Notes under the pieces: model-generated
Seen by the model: the letters and a program-made list of their open reading frames with translations, nothing else
Told to the model about the DNA's origin: nothing
Databases searched by the model: none
Assembly (NCBI GenBank): GCA_951406725.2
Contig: OX597822.1
Span: 102,052,001 to 102,116,000, forward strand
Origin: Octopus vulgaris
Lineage: Eukaryota
Length of the DNA stretch: 64,000 nt
Direction of reading: 5' to 3'
Translations under genes and position numbers: made by a program
Shown: piece by piece, positions 29,464 through 42,860 of the stretch
Layout of the letters: each line of letters begins with the position of its first letter
Numbering within the stretch: the first letter of the stretch is position 1

Positions 29464-30659
29464 TAATTTATGCAATCTTTTATCAAACCTTAATTAAAAC
29501 AGCTGCATAGATGTTTATCAGCTCTTAATTACAACAATTACAGCAACTATTATTTGTGTAGTTTCTTATTCAATCCTAAAGTAACACAAGTATTCTTTAT
29601 CAGCCCTTTATCAGCCCTTAATTAAAACACCTATTAGTTATACAACCATTTATTTACCTTTAATTAAAGCTACAATTTTTTTTGTCATACTTAATGAACT
29701 CTTAATTTAAATCAATTATTAATTATGCGGCCCTCTATCAACACTTGATTCTAAAACTAATTAATTACGCAAAACTTTATGAAACCTTAATTAATCAACT
29801 TTTAATTATACAACCCTTTATCAACACTTAGTTAAGCATCTATTAATTGTATACACCTTTATCAACCCTTAATTAAAACAACTGCTAATTTTGCAACACT
29901 TTATCAGCCCTAAATAAATATTTCGTACAAGTCTTCGTTTATGATTCCTGTATTCTGTTTTATCCTACACTTTTACTTCATGGTATGAGTGTATAGTTAC
30001 CGATTATTCCAGTTCTTAAAGCATTAAATGGTTCCAGAAATATTTCATTCCTTAATTGGGAGGGACACCATTTATCACAGACCTCATGGCAAAGAGAAAC
30101 CTAAGAATCCAGCACCGCAAACAAATAACATACTCAACAATTCAACAACTTGATCGATTCATTGAATAAAGAATTTTTCTGTCTCATGATAGCAGTAAAC
30201 AGCAAGGCTGATCACTATCGAATGTTAACCATCTTTGCGATGAACATGATTTAGTACCGATGACTCTTTAAGAACTCTTTACTGGTGCTATGCAGGCACC
30301 CTGGTGTTTTGGTTACAAATTACCCTCCTAATAAGAATTGGTCGGGTTATAATAAACTTTATATAATAAACTTTATCACTCAAACAACTCTCCTCGACAT
30401 GGAGAAGGTGGTTAAATCTTAACATTGTAAACTTCTGAGAATTTCAAGATTTTCCGCTTCATTTCACTTCTTTGGCTAATGAGCAGAAAAGCAAAAGATG
30501 CGACACACACCTTTCCAAAAAAGACATTAGCAGCCTAAATGAGGGAAAATTATTCTAAATCGAAAATAAAATATTGAGTCGCAAACTCAGTCGAGCATTT
30601 ATTTTTATGGTACCCAGCATAACTTCCCAATTTCCGGTTATTTTTACATTCTACCACCG

Positions 30660-30708
<49 letters not shown>

Positions 30709-30735
30709 CTACCTATCTATCTATCTATCTCTATC

Positions 30736-30781
<46 letters not shown>

Positions 30782-32219
30782 CCTTTTTTATTCTCTCACT
30801 CTCTTTCATTCTCTCCCTCTCTAGCACCCACTCTCTCTTCTTCTCTTTCTTCCTGCATCTCTCCCTTTCCTCTCTCTCTCTCTCTCTCTCTCTTTCTATG
30901 TCTATTTCTCTAACTCTCTCCTTGCGTCTCATTGTTCTCTGTCTCTCGCGTCTCTGTGTCCCTCAATTTCTTTCTCGTTTTTTCTCTCTCATTTTCTCCC
31001 TCTGTATCTCTCTGCCTCTCTTTTAATCCCCTTCTCTCCCCCCTCTCTCCCTCTCTCTCTCACACACACACACACTTTATTAACCGACCTGTTTTACTTT
31101 TCCTACTACTCAGTCTATTGCTATGTACGTTAACCCATTTGTTACCGCATCACCATTAACATACACCCTATATTGCAATTAATTTCGAAAATTATAAATA
31201 TAGTAAAATAACTTTCGTTATTAAGCTAATTTTTCGAACATAAATTAACAAGAGATTTTAATGGGAAATTTTATTGCAGATCACTTTAAAGAGACCGGTT
31301 TCATATCACTGAACGATCTCAAAATTTTGCAGTCAAGTGGCTGAAGTCTTTGTCAACTTCGCCGCTCATTTTCCAGCAAAAGGAACATTTCTCTCCTCTT
31401 TAAGCTTCATTTCTGTGAAAAACTGATTAAATCTGTTTCTTTGTATTAGCGAAGTTATTTCGCTCAAGGAGCTTCTAAGAAAATATATAGAGTTGTATGT
31501 TGGCATGACAAAAACACATTCATTACTTAGAACTTTTAATTTCATTATTAAGGCAATGATCAAAGACCTGAGTGGGATGTCTCAGGCTAAGTTTCTCTAT
31601 TATCTTTGTCGTTTTAGCAAAACGAAGTAATCACAAACCCACTAATTAAGAACAATGTACTAATCAGCTTTATCATTATTTCTTAAATATCTCTAGGTGG
31701 TGTGGTGTAGCGAAAACGGCTAAGTTTCGGATTAAATGCTAGTACAATGCAGTATTTAGTTACCGCTTCTTATGTTCTGAGTTCAAATCACACAGTCTTC
31801 AATCAAGAATAGATGAATTTCTTCAGCTATAAAGCTGTTTTTTCATATTGGACCGCATCTAATTTGAGAAAGTGTTTCATCTTAAGAATTGATGGCGGAA
31901 AGAAGACAGGAACGATTGTGTACCTGGAGTTAAATTTTTCCTTTAGTATATAAATATATTCACTTACGTTCTGTGTTCGAATTTCACAGTTCTGACTTTG
32001 ATTTTTGTTGCTCGAAATTGATGAGATGATGCAAATATTATTTTGATGTAAATTCGATGGACTATAAAATTTCTTTTGTAAAACGTTTGGCCCAGTAGAA
32101 TTATTAGAAATTATTATTATTATTATTGTCGTTGTTGTTGTTGTTTTAATTCTCAGAGCTCTCTGCCTTATCTGCTCTGGTCGATTCTGTGAGAACAGCA
32201 AGCAAAATATTGGCAGAGG

Positions 32220-33500
32220 TCTCACAGGACCTCTTTCCGCAAATTACAAGATTTGGAACTTGAATGACTTGGATGTTAATTATCGTGGAAGATACTCTGC
32301 ACTTAATCACCAAACTCAAAATCATATCAGTGTTCGGTAGAGTAGTTTTCCGGTTTCTCCGACATATATCTCGAACTTGGTTGTTAGTGCTCCGAGCGCC
32401 CCTACAGCTACTATGATAACAGTTACTCTACTCGTGGTGCACATTCTTGCAAATTCGTAATTTGTATTTTTCCACCTTTGCCAGATCTTTCTCACCTACA
32501 CGTGTATTCCCAGGTATGGCAATATCTATGATTTTAGTTTCCCTTTTTCTTTTGTCAACTACAATAATGTCTGGTCTCTGTGCTTCGACTAGGGTTTCAC
32601 TCGATCATTGTTCATTGTTCTCCCTGACGCCCTTTGGTTCATGTTTGTGCCATTTTCCAGACCGTACTTTTCACTCAGACTCCAGTGAATAGACTGTGCC
32701 ACCTAATCACGCATCCTCTTGTAATGCTTTTGGGTCAACTTACTACATTCACTCACAATATGTGAGATTGTATCGTTTTTGCTGCTACACGGCCTACAAA
32801 AGGGTGATTCACTGTTCTTATCTGTTTGGAACTTGGTGTAATCAGTTCTGAGAACTTATTTCTGGGTGCTGCATATAAATTCCGCAGTGCATCCTTTCAG
32901 ATCACCTTTTTAGCCACCTCCAGGTGTTGGTCTTGTTTTTCCATTCGATTTCTCTGAGGTATTGTACCTCATCTTGAGTCTTACATGTTTTTGAGTGTGC
33001 CATATTTTAGGTAGGTATTATTTCTAACAGCGGCAAGCAAGGGTTTACTTTGCTCTTTGATGTGCCATCCCAGAATCTTCTCCTCGTTGACAACACAGAT
33101 CTTACATTCTATGTGGCCTCTTCCTTGTTCCTTGGGCACATACCGTCTATCAATATCGCTTTTGGGGTGCAGTTCCTTGTTAATTGTCAACACTTTCCTC
33201 GTTTTTCTATCCAATTCCTTAAGCTCGTTCTTTGTCCACCTAACAACACCTGAGACGTATTGCATTAATGAAACAGCCCATGTATTCATTGCCTTGATCT
33301 TGTTCTTTCCATTGAGTCTACTTCCAATAATTAATTTGGTTCTTCTGGGCTATTCTTGCCTAAAGCTCTCTTTAATCTCACTCTCTTTGATTTTGTCATA
33401 CTCTAAAATACCCAGATACTTATATTCATCAGTCTCAATATCCTTGATTTTCCTGCCGTTGGGTAGTTCTACACCACCAGACGACATTACTTTGCCTTTT
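32220..33500 (-). mobile_element. R4/Dong-like non-LTR retrotransposon (RT C-terminus + restriction-like endonuclease), degraded
   Basis: YKYLGILE, LNGKNKIKAMNTWAV, LDRKTRKVLT..HPKSDIDR and RPDIIVVD..IIDIAIPG motifs. Confidence 0.85.
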
Positions 33501-34310
33501 TTTATTCTTCGGAATAAGCAGAACAAGAGGAGATACATGGGATAGATGCTAAAGGATCACAGGATGGGCGACGAAAGAGCTCTGACAAAGAAACTAAAAT
33601 GATAATAATAATAATAATAAAGCTGAAGTGAAGACCAAATATATAGTGCGTGTGTTTAATTGGCAAAATATGACCACTCCAAGTATAACGATATCTATTT
33701 CAACTTATGATTTCACATCAAGGATCTGGCAAAACAAATACATAAATGTGTGGTGGTGGAGGGAGGGTCGTGAGTGCTTGCGTGCACGCGAGAAAGAGAG
33801 ACAGACAGACAGACAGACAGTCAAGACAGATGTCCATGGGATATAAAAAAGATTTCGCAAGCCTAACAAATTGTAACCCTAACAAATTGCAAGCCTAACA
33901 AATTATAATATTTCCCGGAAGACTCGTTAAGAAGATGAAGTAATGGTTTTATTTCTATGAGTAAAACATTCGATATTTTTACACTAAAAAAACAACGAAT
34001 GGCTTTTGTTAGTTTTTCGTTTTACGCATTCCAGGTTTTATGTATTTCTTACAGTATTCTTTCTTCCTTTATATTCTACAAGTATTACATTGAATTATTA
34101 CATTTTACATACATTTTTTTTTTATTGATACCGCTGTTAGATTGTATTTGGGTGATTAAACTTTGAATAAATCAATTCTCTCAAGTAGGAGCACATTTAT
34201 TATTTTAACGCAGATAAATATGGCGGCAGGCACCTACGAAATGCTGCTACAGTGAGATTGAAACGACCGTTACCTGAAAATTACGCAAAACACACACATA
34301 TGCACGCGCG

Positions 34311-34344
<34 letters not shown>

Positions 34345-34385
34345 ATGTATGCATATGCATTATATATGTTATACACACGTATATG

Positions 34386-34665
34386 TCTCTATCTATATAA
34401 AGCTGTAGTTGTCTGTGTATGGCAGGTTTGGTAGCCTTCAACTAACACTATCTTCTCTGAGACCCTGCGGCGCAAGTTGACCAAAATTGAGAGTATGATA
34501 GAAAAAGGCTTGCTCTTACTTCTGTAGAAGACAAATTCAAATCGGACCATGTTAACACCAAAAATTATTTACATCAAAAAGGTGCTTTTTTTTCTATGAA
34601 AATCCCTAATTTTTACGATTTTTTAACAACTGCGTCGCCATTTTTCGGTGTATTTCAACCAGAAA
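34386..34665 (+). mobile_element. Non-autonomous Helitron, 5' part (same family as 13770-14141)
   Basis: Reverse complement of ~13885-14141. Confidence 0.75.
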
Positions 34666-35347
34666 TATATTTTTTTTTTTTATTTTTCATTTGCCCTGCT
34701 CGTTTACGTTAAATGTTGTGTTGATTCTCCTTGGAAACAATTTTTGGGGGGCTAATACCATAGCGGATCTAGCGCTAGAGTCGACCATATAGTGGTCACT
34801 CTATTATATTTGTGTATAAATTTTTATTGTATCCCTGGTTTTTATGCGCTAAGCCACTTGGTGTTGAATTGATGGTATTATTAAATTAATATTCAATTTT
34901 TCACCCTTATTATATATATATATATTGATATCCATACTGATATTTCGTTTAGGCATACCGATACTAATAATCTGGCACTAGAACTCGATATACGTTTGTA
35001 CTTATGCTTCAGAGCGAAGCGTCACAGTAATAAGCAGTAATAAGGAATTAGAACAACAAAAGAATCAACAATTATTATGAACTTCATTAGTTTACTGCTG
35101 TTTCTGCTATTAGATGTAATGAACTTATAGTTGAATACTATATATATATATATATATAAATATATATATATATATCAAATACAAAATGGGACAAGAACGC
35201 AAAACATCCGGACAGTTAGGTGAAACAAAAATGGGACAACAAAACATCCAGATAGACGATACAAAGAAAACAAGGACGGGTCATTCGAAGTTTTCTTTTC
35301 CTCAGTCAAGTACCAGATTATCTTCGCAATTTTGGCTGATTATATAA

Positions 35348-35598
35348 CAACAGATGGGTAATGATTCACTCACTACAGCTGTTTCCAGCTTATTTATAAT
35401 TGATGAATAGAGATATTATATCATGCGAAAAAGAAACATTTTCGTACACGAATCACACATTTAATAAAACATTCCAAAAATCACCAGTGTATGCCATTTC
35501 ATGACGCCCTGACCAGTGATAATCAACCGAATCTCTATTCATCAATGAAAAAACTCGTCGGAAACAGCTGTAGCAAAGAAACCTTTATCCATCTGTTG
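35348..35598. repeat. Inverted repeat carrying hammerhead 3' half-motifs
   Basis: Both arms contain GAAACAGCTGTA (palindromic stem III + GUA); no CUGANGA half found. Confidence 0.55.
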
Positions 35599-35962
35599 CT
35601 ATTATTTATTATTCCCCTTACTCGGAACCTGCTATAAGCGTGGATCCAGTGTCTTTTAAGTGCAGTACAACCGCTGAAGTGTGTGTTCCTAAATACAGAC
35701 TTGGCGCTCATAATATACTCAGTCAGGTGTGGTTAATACAACTGGAATAGTTATCTGTCTATACTTCGGTATCTAGGTATTTGTTCTTCTGATTGCGTAG
35801 TATACACGATTTCCATTTTTCCCTTTTCACCTGACCCAGTGTTTTGCCATTTAAGTATCTGATTCACTCGAATCCTGACGTTTAATATATATACGTATAA
35901 ACATATATGAATATACTTTATATATATGTGTGTGTGTGAGTGTGGGTTTGTGTGTGTGTATG

Positions 35963-36000
<38 letters not shown>

Positions 36001-36165
36001 GTATATATACCTGTATGTGGGATATATGTTTATGTATACATCTATATGTGTATAAATGTATATATGTGTATATGTGAATAATCATGCATTTGCTAATTTA
36101 TAAGGAGCTGGTTGGTTACATGCACATAATAACATAATATATATATGTGTGTGTGTGTGTGTGTG

Positions 36166-36228
<63 letters not shown>

Positions 36229-36373
36229 GTGTATGGAGGTAGAAAATATATGTACGTATGAATGTATATTTTTGTGTGGAAGAATTGTGTTGTAGTTTTA
36301 ACTTTGTAACTTTATATAGGTATTTTACATTTTATATAATATTACATACATACGTGTAAATGCGTATATACAA

Positions 36374-36417
<44 letters not shown>

Positions 36418-36724
36418 GTTATCGCCATACTAATATGGCATTCTTATAAAAATAAGAATAATATCCTTCTCTTCACCACTTTTGCCTGACCCCACCTTGA
36501 ATACTGCTGTCCACTGTGGTCTCCCTACACAAAACAAAATATTATGAGAATTGAAGCTCCCCAAAGGTCAATCACAAAAAAGATAGATGGCATGTCAGAC
36601 CTTGACTACTGGGGTAGACTAGAGAAGCTGAAATTGTATTCACTCCAACATATTAGTATGGCGATAACTATTATTTTCCGGGAACGCTGCCGTGTTCTCT
36701 TTTAGAGAGACTTAGTAATTTTAA

Positions 36725-36782
<58 letters not shown>

Positions 36783-36787
<5 letters not shown>

Positions 36788-39495
36788 CTTAGAATAACTT
36801 AGAAAGGTTTTGGCCAGTATTGGCCCAGGCCATGTCTAACTTAATAGCACCACCTGGCGAAGTCTTTCAGTTCAGGATTTGGGCACCAAGGCCCATTCGA
36901 GCAGAGAGTTATTGTTTGCGGAGACATATCCGGGTGTGGGTGGTTTGTCCAGTACTGTTTGAAGGAATTTGTCCAAAGACTTCTTGAATTTTGTGTGGTC
37001 AGTTTCTTTTTTGACGTGTCCTGGTGTAATGTTGAAGAGAGCGGGTCCAATTGAGGTGAAATAGTTGTGCCGTATTGTCGTTATGTGATGCGATTTAGAT
37101 TTTTGTTGTGGACGGATGGCACGTGGTCCAAGCCTTGGATGCATTTTGAAGGTGATGCCAACATCATTCGGACAGTGCTGATGGAATATTTTCCACATCA
37201 TACAGATAATGTAGCGTTCACGGCGTCGTTGGAGTGAATACAATTTCAGCTTCTCTAGTCTACCCCAGTAGTCAAGGTCTGACATGCCATCTATCTTTTT
37301 TGTGATTGACCTTTGGGGAGCTTCAATTCTCATAATATTTTGTTTTGTGTAGGGAGACCACAGTGGACAGCAGTATTCAAGGTGGGGTCGGGCAAAAGTG
37401 GAGAAGAGAAGGATAATAGCGTGGGAATCTCTCGACTGGAAGGTTCTGAGAATCCAGGAACACATTCTGCGGGCCATGTCAACTTTGCTGCTTATATGTG
37501 TAGCCCAGCTTATGTTGTTATCCACTGTTACTCCCAAGTCTCTGATGTTGTTGGATGCCATGAGAATTTCTCCAGAAGGAAGAGAGTATGGGAGTTTCAG
37601 AGCGTCCTCCCTTCCAAAGTGGATCAGTTCGAATTTGTCTTCATTTAGCAACATGTTATTCTTTTCCGCCCATTGGACAACAGCCAGTAGGTCTGACTGA
37701 AGGTTTATTCGGTCATCCACGCCATTGATGACCTTCTGGAGCTTGGAATCACCAGCGAAGGTTCTGATGTTACTGTGTTTGATGGTGTCAGTAATATCAT
37801 TTATGTAGATGATGAAGAGAAGTGGGCCCAACACAGTGCCTTGTGGGACACCACTGCTGACTTTGGCTGGGCTGGATTTGACTCCTTCGACTACAACATG
37901 TTGGGTTCTGTTAGACAGGAAGCACTTGATCCACTGCAGCAGCTTTGCAGTGACACCAATATTGGACAGCTTTCTCAGAAGGATCTTATGATCAACCCTG
38001 TCAAAGGCCTTGCTGAAATCAAGGTAGATGACATCAGTGTTGGAACCTTCTCCCAAGGCTCTCAAAATGTCATCAAAATGATGCAGTAGCTGCGTCAGGC
38101 AATCTCTCCCATTACGGAATCCATGCTGGTTGGGGTTCAGCATATTATGACTCTCAAGGAAGTGAGTCATACGCGATCTCAGCACCCTCTCAAATACCTT
38201 GATGATATGAGAGGTGAGTGAGATTGGACGGTAATTCACGGCAAGCGATTTGTTTCCTTTTTTGAAAACTGGGACAACAGACTGGGATAGAAGGTCTTCT
38301 GGTATATATCCAGCATCCAGTGAGTTCCGCCACAGATTGGCTAGAGGGGGTGCAAGTTGGTTTTGACACATCTTCAAGACACAAGCAGGGAACCTATCGG
38401 GACCTACTGCTGAATTATGCTTCATTTCCTTTATTGCTGCTAAGACATCAGGAGCGCCAAATGTTATGTCCGATAAAGTGTATTGGGGAGTAACATCACT
38501 GATACAGCCCAGATCAGTCATATCAGGATTGCTGAAAACAGAGCAATATTGTTTCTGCAATATCTCTCCCATGGTTTTGGCATTGTCTTGAAGAGTACCA
38601 TTTTCATCAATCAGAGGGCCAACAGTAGAACCAGTGACACTGTGTTTTTTTTGCAAATGAAAAGAACACTTTGGGATTGAGTTTGATCTTCTCAGTGGCC
38701 CAGGCCTCTTCAGCTCTTCGCTGACTATTGATGATAGACATCATGTTGTTTTGGAGTTTATGTTTTTTAATCTCTAGGGACGAGATGGCAGTCAAGTTGG
38801 TGTGTTGCTGGTGACAGAATTTCAGCATGTTGATCTTTTTGTTAATTCTTTTAATTTTCCTTATGAGAGATTTTCTATTTCTAGGGATTCGACACTTAGA
38901 TTTGTTTGCAGATCTTAATGGGGTGTGTCTTGCACATATGTTCGTGATGGTGTCTACAAGTGACTGCCAGGACTTTTTGATGTTAGTGGGTGTGTATGTG
39001 TGCGTGAAGGACCAATCGACTTGTGCAAGATCATTATTGATCGCTTCCCAGTTTGCATTGTGGAAATCCATAGTGTCAAATGGATGAACAGGAGGGATGA
39101 CATTTGTTTTGCATTTTGGCCAGTGAAATCTCAGATCACAGAGAACCATGTCATGGTCGGAAAGTAGGGTTTTCTCCACTGCAATATTGTGGATAGTATC
39201 AGTGTGATTGCTGAAAATCAAGTCTAAGACGTTTTTGTGACATCTCGTTGGTTCGAGTACCAGTTGGGACAGGAAGAAATCATCCATGAAGTCAAGAAGC
39301 GATTCCACTGCCTCCCTGTCAGGAGTTGAGAGAGAAGAACCTGGCGGCAGACTGTTTGTAGACCAGTCAACCCCGGGAAGGTTGAAGTCTCCCATCATTA
39401 AAATGTTGTCAGGTTGACACTGCTGAATGAAACACTTTATGCTGTTGAGGCATTCCTTGAAGTATGGTAGGGGCGTTTGGGGTGGTCTGTATATA
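36783..39495 (-). mobile_element. CR1/jockey-group LINE, 5'-truncated, young
   Basis: ORF 38607-39495 holds the APE C-terminus (IYRPP, MGDFN, LDLIF, SDHDMV). ORF 36872-38656 holds the RT (NYRPISLTS, QHGFR, YLDFSKAFD, GVPQGTVLGP, FAGD instead of FADD). One frameshift near an A8 run at ~38645; 3' tail (TTCTAAGTTA)2. Confidence 0.92.
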
Positions 39496-39650
39496 CGAGT
39501 GAGTGGACACACGGAAGAAGAGAGCAATTAGTAGGGTTCACATGTATTATTTAAAACAGTTTGATTCGGTTCTGTGTTACTTAACGTTTCGTAGGACCCT
39601 AACGTGAACCCGAGGGCCTCCGAATCGTGAAGCAGCACGGAAACAAATCA

Positions 39651-39707
<57 letters not shown>

Positions 39708-39957
39708 GAGTGAGTGGGCACACGGAAGAAGAGAACACTGAGTAGGTGGGGAACCTATGCGCCAAGGAAACCGGGAAACCGTCCCTTATGAGCCAGGCAT
39801 GGCTCGAGAAGGAACAAACAATATATATACATACATATGTACATATATATACAAATATACATACATCTCTGCTCTTCCTTCTTTGTTAACTATTTAATTA
39901 AAGACATGCAGCGTAAACCACGAGTTTCCTATTGTTACTGTATCCATTTTCTTCTCT

Positions 39958-40018
<61 letters not shown>

Positions 40019-40077
40019 GTATATATAGATGCATACATCTATATATATACATATGTATATACATATATATATATACA

Positions 40078-40149
<72 letters not shown>

Positions 40150-40287
40150 CGGAGATGTACTCGCATAGCAAGTAATTTGATCTGAGATCGTGTGCTGAAA
40201 CGAAAACAATTGCAGCGTGGAAGGTGTTTATAAGCCATTTAAGAAACACACAAAAGCCGTTCGATTCACTTCAACATTTAAGTTTAA

Positions 40288-40339
40288 TTTGTCAAAATAT
40301 TTTCGTCGCTATAAGATCCGCGACCTGTTCACTGACAAA
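40288..40339 (-). ncRNA. Minimal type I hammerhead motif, G3-C8 variant
   Basis: UUUGUCA-GUGAACA-g-GUCGC(loop)GCGAC-GAAA-AUAU-UU-UGACAAA. Confidence 0.65.
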
Positions 40340-40356
40340 GTCTGTGCAGCACGGAC

Positions 40357-40406
40357 TTTGTCAGTGAACAGGTCGCGGATTTTAGCGACGAAAATATTTT
40401 GACAAA
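40357..40406 (+). ncRNA. Minimal type I hammerhead motif, G3-C8 variant
   Basis: 7-bp stem I, core GUGAACA, 5-bp stem II, GAAA, palindromic AAUAUU stem III; predicted cut at 40399/40400. Confidence 0.65.
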
Positions 40407-40702
40407 TTAAACTTAAATGTTGGAGTGAATCGAACGGCTTTTGTGTGTTTCTTAAATGGCTTATAAACACCTTCCACGCTGCAATTGTTTATATATATAT
40501 ATATATACTTACATATATATATACATATGTATATATATACGTATATGTATATACATATATATACAGGGGAAAGAGACAGACAGAAAATATTTGAGAATAT
40601 ATTAATTCAATTATTATGCAGAGTAACGTAATTAAATTGTTAATAACAGAATTAATAATATAAGCGATTGAAGCATTAAATAGTTAAAGGATTAAAATTT
40701 AT

Positions 40703-40863
40703 ATTAATCAAACGACATACTGAGCATGTTACCTGATGGAAATAACAGTCAAAACAGTTGATTTCTGTAGTTATTATCAGTGTTATTTTTTCGGCAGTTT
40801 GAATAAGAGTTTTGACTGTTATTTCCAGGAAGCAGAAACACTCAGTATGTTCTTTGATTAATA
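40703..40863. mobile_element. Small MITE-like fold-back
   Basis: ATTAATCAAACGACATACTGAG / CTCAGTATGTTCTTTGATTAAT and GGAAATAACAGTCAAAAC / GTTTTGACTGTTATTTCC. Confidence 0.65.
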
Positions 40864-41082
40864 TATATATCTACATAAACATGTATGTCTGTGTATATAC
40901 CAAACACAGGGGCGGTATGAGGCTAAGAAGTTTGTTTTCCTAGACCAGTACCTTGGGCAAGTATCTTCTACTATAGCACCGAACCAACCAAAAACTTGGA
41001 TTTGGTAGCGAGCCTAAAAGAATCCCGCCGTGTATGTATATGCATATGTGTGTGTGAGTGTGTGTGCGCGTATGTTTGTATC

Positions 41083-41113
<31 letters not shown>

Positions 41114-41149
41114 TTAATTGGTAGGATGATGTCCAAAAATGTGTATGGA

Positions 41150-41532
41150 TGGAAGCACTCCGTCGGTTACGACGACGAGGGTTCCGGTTGATCCGAATCA
41201 ACGGAACAGCCTGCTCGTGAAATTAACGTGTAAGTGGCTGAGTACTCCACAGACACGTGTACCCTTAACGTAGTTCTCGGGGATATTCAGCGTGACACAG
41301 AGAGTGACAAGGCCGGCCCTTTGAAATACAGGTACAACAGAAACAAGAAAGAGTGAGAGAAAGTTGTGGTGAAAGAGTACAGCAGGGATCACCACAATCC
41401 CCTACCGGAGCCTCGTGGAGCTTTTTAGGTGTTTTCGCTCAATAAACACTCACAACACCCGGTCTAGGAATCGAAACCGCGATCCTATGACCGCGAGTCT
41501 GCTGCCCTAACCACTGGGCCATTGCGCCTCCA
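41150..41532 (-). mobile_element. SINE family D, tail type 1
   Basis: Full-length match to 10777-11157. Confidence 0.85.
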
Positions 41533-41731
41533 CAATGTGTATGATAGAAACAGACGAGAGTACTATGATGAGACAGGATTATGAACATAAATACGAACGT
41601 TGAACGAAGGGATACCGAGTTCAGTGCAAATAAAAGTTGGCTCTAGTTAATGTATCGGTTGAACTAATGAAAGTTTAATAAAATATATGATGGATTAAAG
41701 GCTGCAGATATTTCCCCTTATTTATAAGATA

Positions 41732-42122
41732 CTAGCAGTATCGCCCGGCGTTGCTCGGGTTTGTAACGGAAATAGCTATATAAGCATTTTTAGAGATGTA
41801 AAGTATAATAGCCATCTCAATATGGCTAACCACAAAGGGGGGTGTTACTGTAGCTTTTTACGTTCTGAGGTTTAATAAATTTTTAGAGAGTTACTTCTCT
41901 TATATATGCCAAAAATGCATTAAAAATGGGAAAAATTGATGGTAGATTTTTTTTAAATTGTAGACTCATCGTAGACGTGCGCTAATACCCAGAAGGGCTC
42001 GATATGAATCACGACTATAAGATACCCGGTTGTGGTTAAACTGCACCGCAAAATGTGGGAGTAGTTAGGAATCTAAATCGAAGGAGACAGACAGCACACA
42101 ACCTCTCTTTTATATATAAAGA
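41732..42122 (-). mobile_element. Non-autonomous Helitron
   Basis: TC 5' end, hairpin + CTAG 3' end, A/T target. Confidence 0.8.
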
Positions 42123-42375
42123 TAGGAGTGAGTAGAAAAATATACAAAATTTAGCTGAAAACTGGAGAATCTAAGTTAATAGTAATTCGATATAAGCATA
42201 TTTTATACGCGCACACACACTGTGAACTGCCAGACACACAAATATATACATATGTACACATACATTTACACAAATATAAAGGTGTGTGTATATATGTAAG
42301 ACAGCAAAGTGCCAGAATCTTTAAGGCATCGGATAAAATACTCAGTACTTTTTCTTCTCTTTCCGTTCTGAGATC

Positions 42376-42592
42376 AACCGCTGGCGAAGCGAGCAGGCCA
42401 ACAGAAGAAAGAGTGAGAGAAAGTTGTGGCGAAAGAGTACGGCAGGGATCACCACCACCCCCTGCCGGAGGGCGCATAGAGCTTTAGGTGCTTTCGCTCA
42501 AAAAACACTCACAACGCCCGGTCTGGGAATCGAAACCGCGATCCTACAACCGCGAGTCCGCTGCCCTGACCACTGATCCATTGTACTTCCAC
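42376..42592 (-). mobile_element. SINE family D, truncated, tail type 2
   Basis: Family D head and body followed by CTGTTGGCCTGCTCGCTT. Confidence 0.7.
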
Positions 42593-42691
42593 ATGTATTA
42601 TATATATGTGTATATATATACGTTTAAATATTTGTTGTGCAAGATTTTTTATGTGAAGTCGTGTGTTGAAACAGATATTGTTATATTTCGG

Positions 42692-42779
42692 AATGGTCAT
42701 ATTGCCAGTTTAGCCAATAAAAACACACGCACTATATAGTGCGTGTGTTTTTATTGGCTAAACTGGCAATATGACCATT
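42692..42779. repeat. Perfect 88-bp palindrome
   Basis: AATGGTCATATTGCC..GCACTAT|ATAGTGC..GGCAATATGACCATT, no spacer. Confidence 0.95.
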
Positions 42780-42785
42780 GTATAA

Positions 42786-42857
<72 letters not shown>

Positions 42858-42860
<3 letters not shown>

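Larger units (their letters stand above)
28300..29912. repeat. Degenerate ~40-bp AT-rich minisatellite interrupted by a SINE and a MITE
   Basis: Recurring TTATCAACCCTTAATTAAAACAACTATTA..TGCAAC units. Confidence 0.7.
40148..40490. mobile_element. Fold-back element with ~143-bp near-perfect arms (G3-C8 HHR family)
   Basis: 40204-40347 is the reverse complement of 40349-40490 with few mismatches; 1-nt centre. Confidence 0.85.

Noticed and set aside
35178-35342. CTGAGGA..GAAT..GTC on the minus strand (and its relative at 55730-55860)
   Set aside because: GAAU instead of GAAA and no stem I complementarity; kept only as a dispersed repeat.
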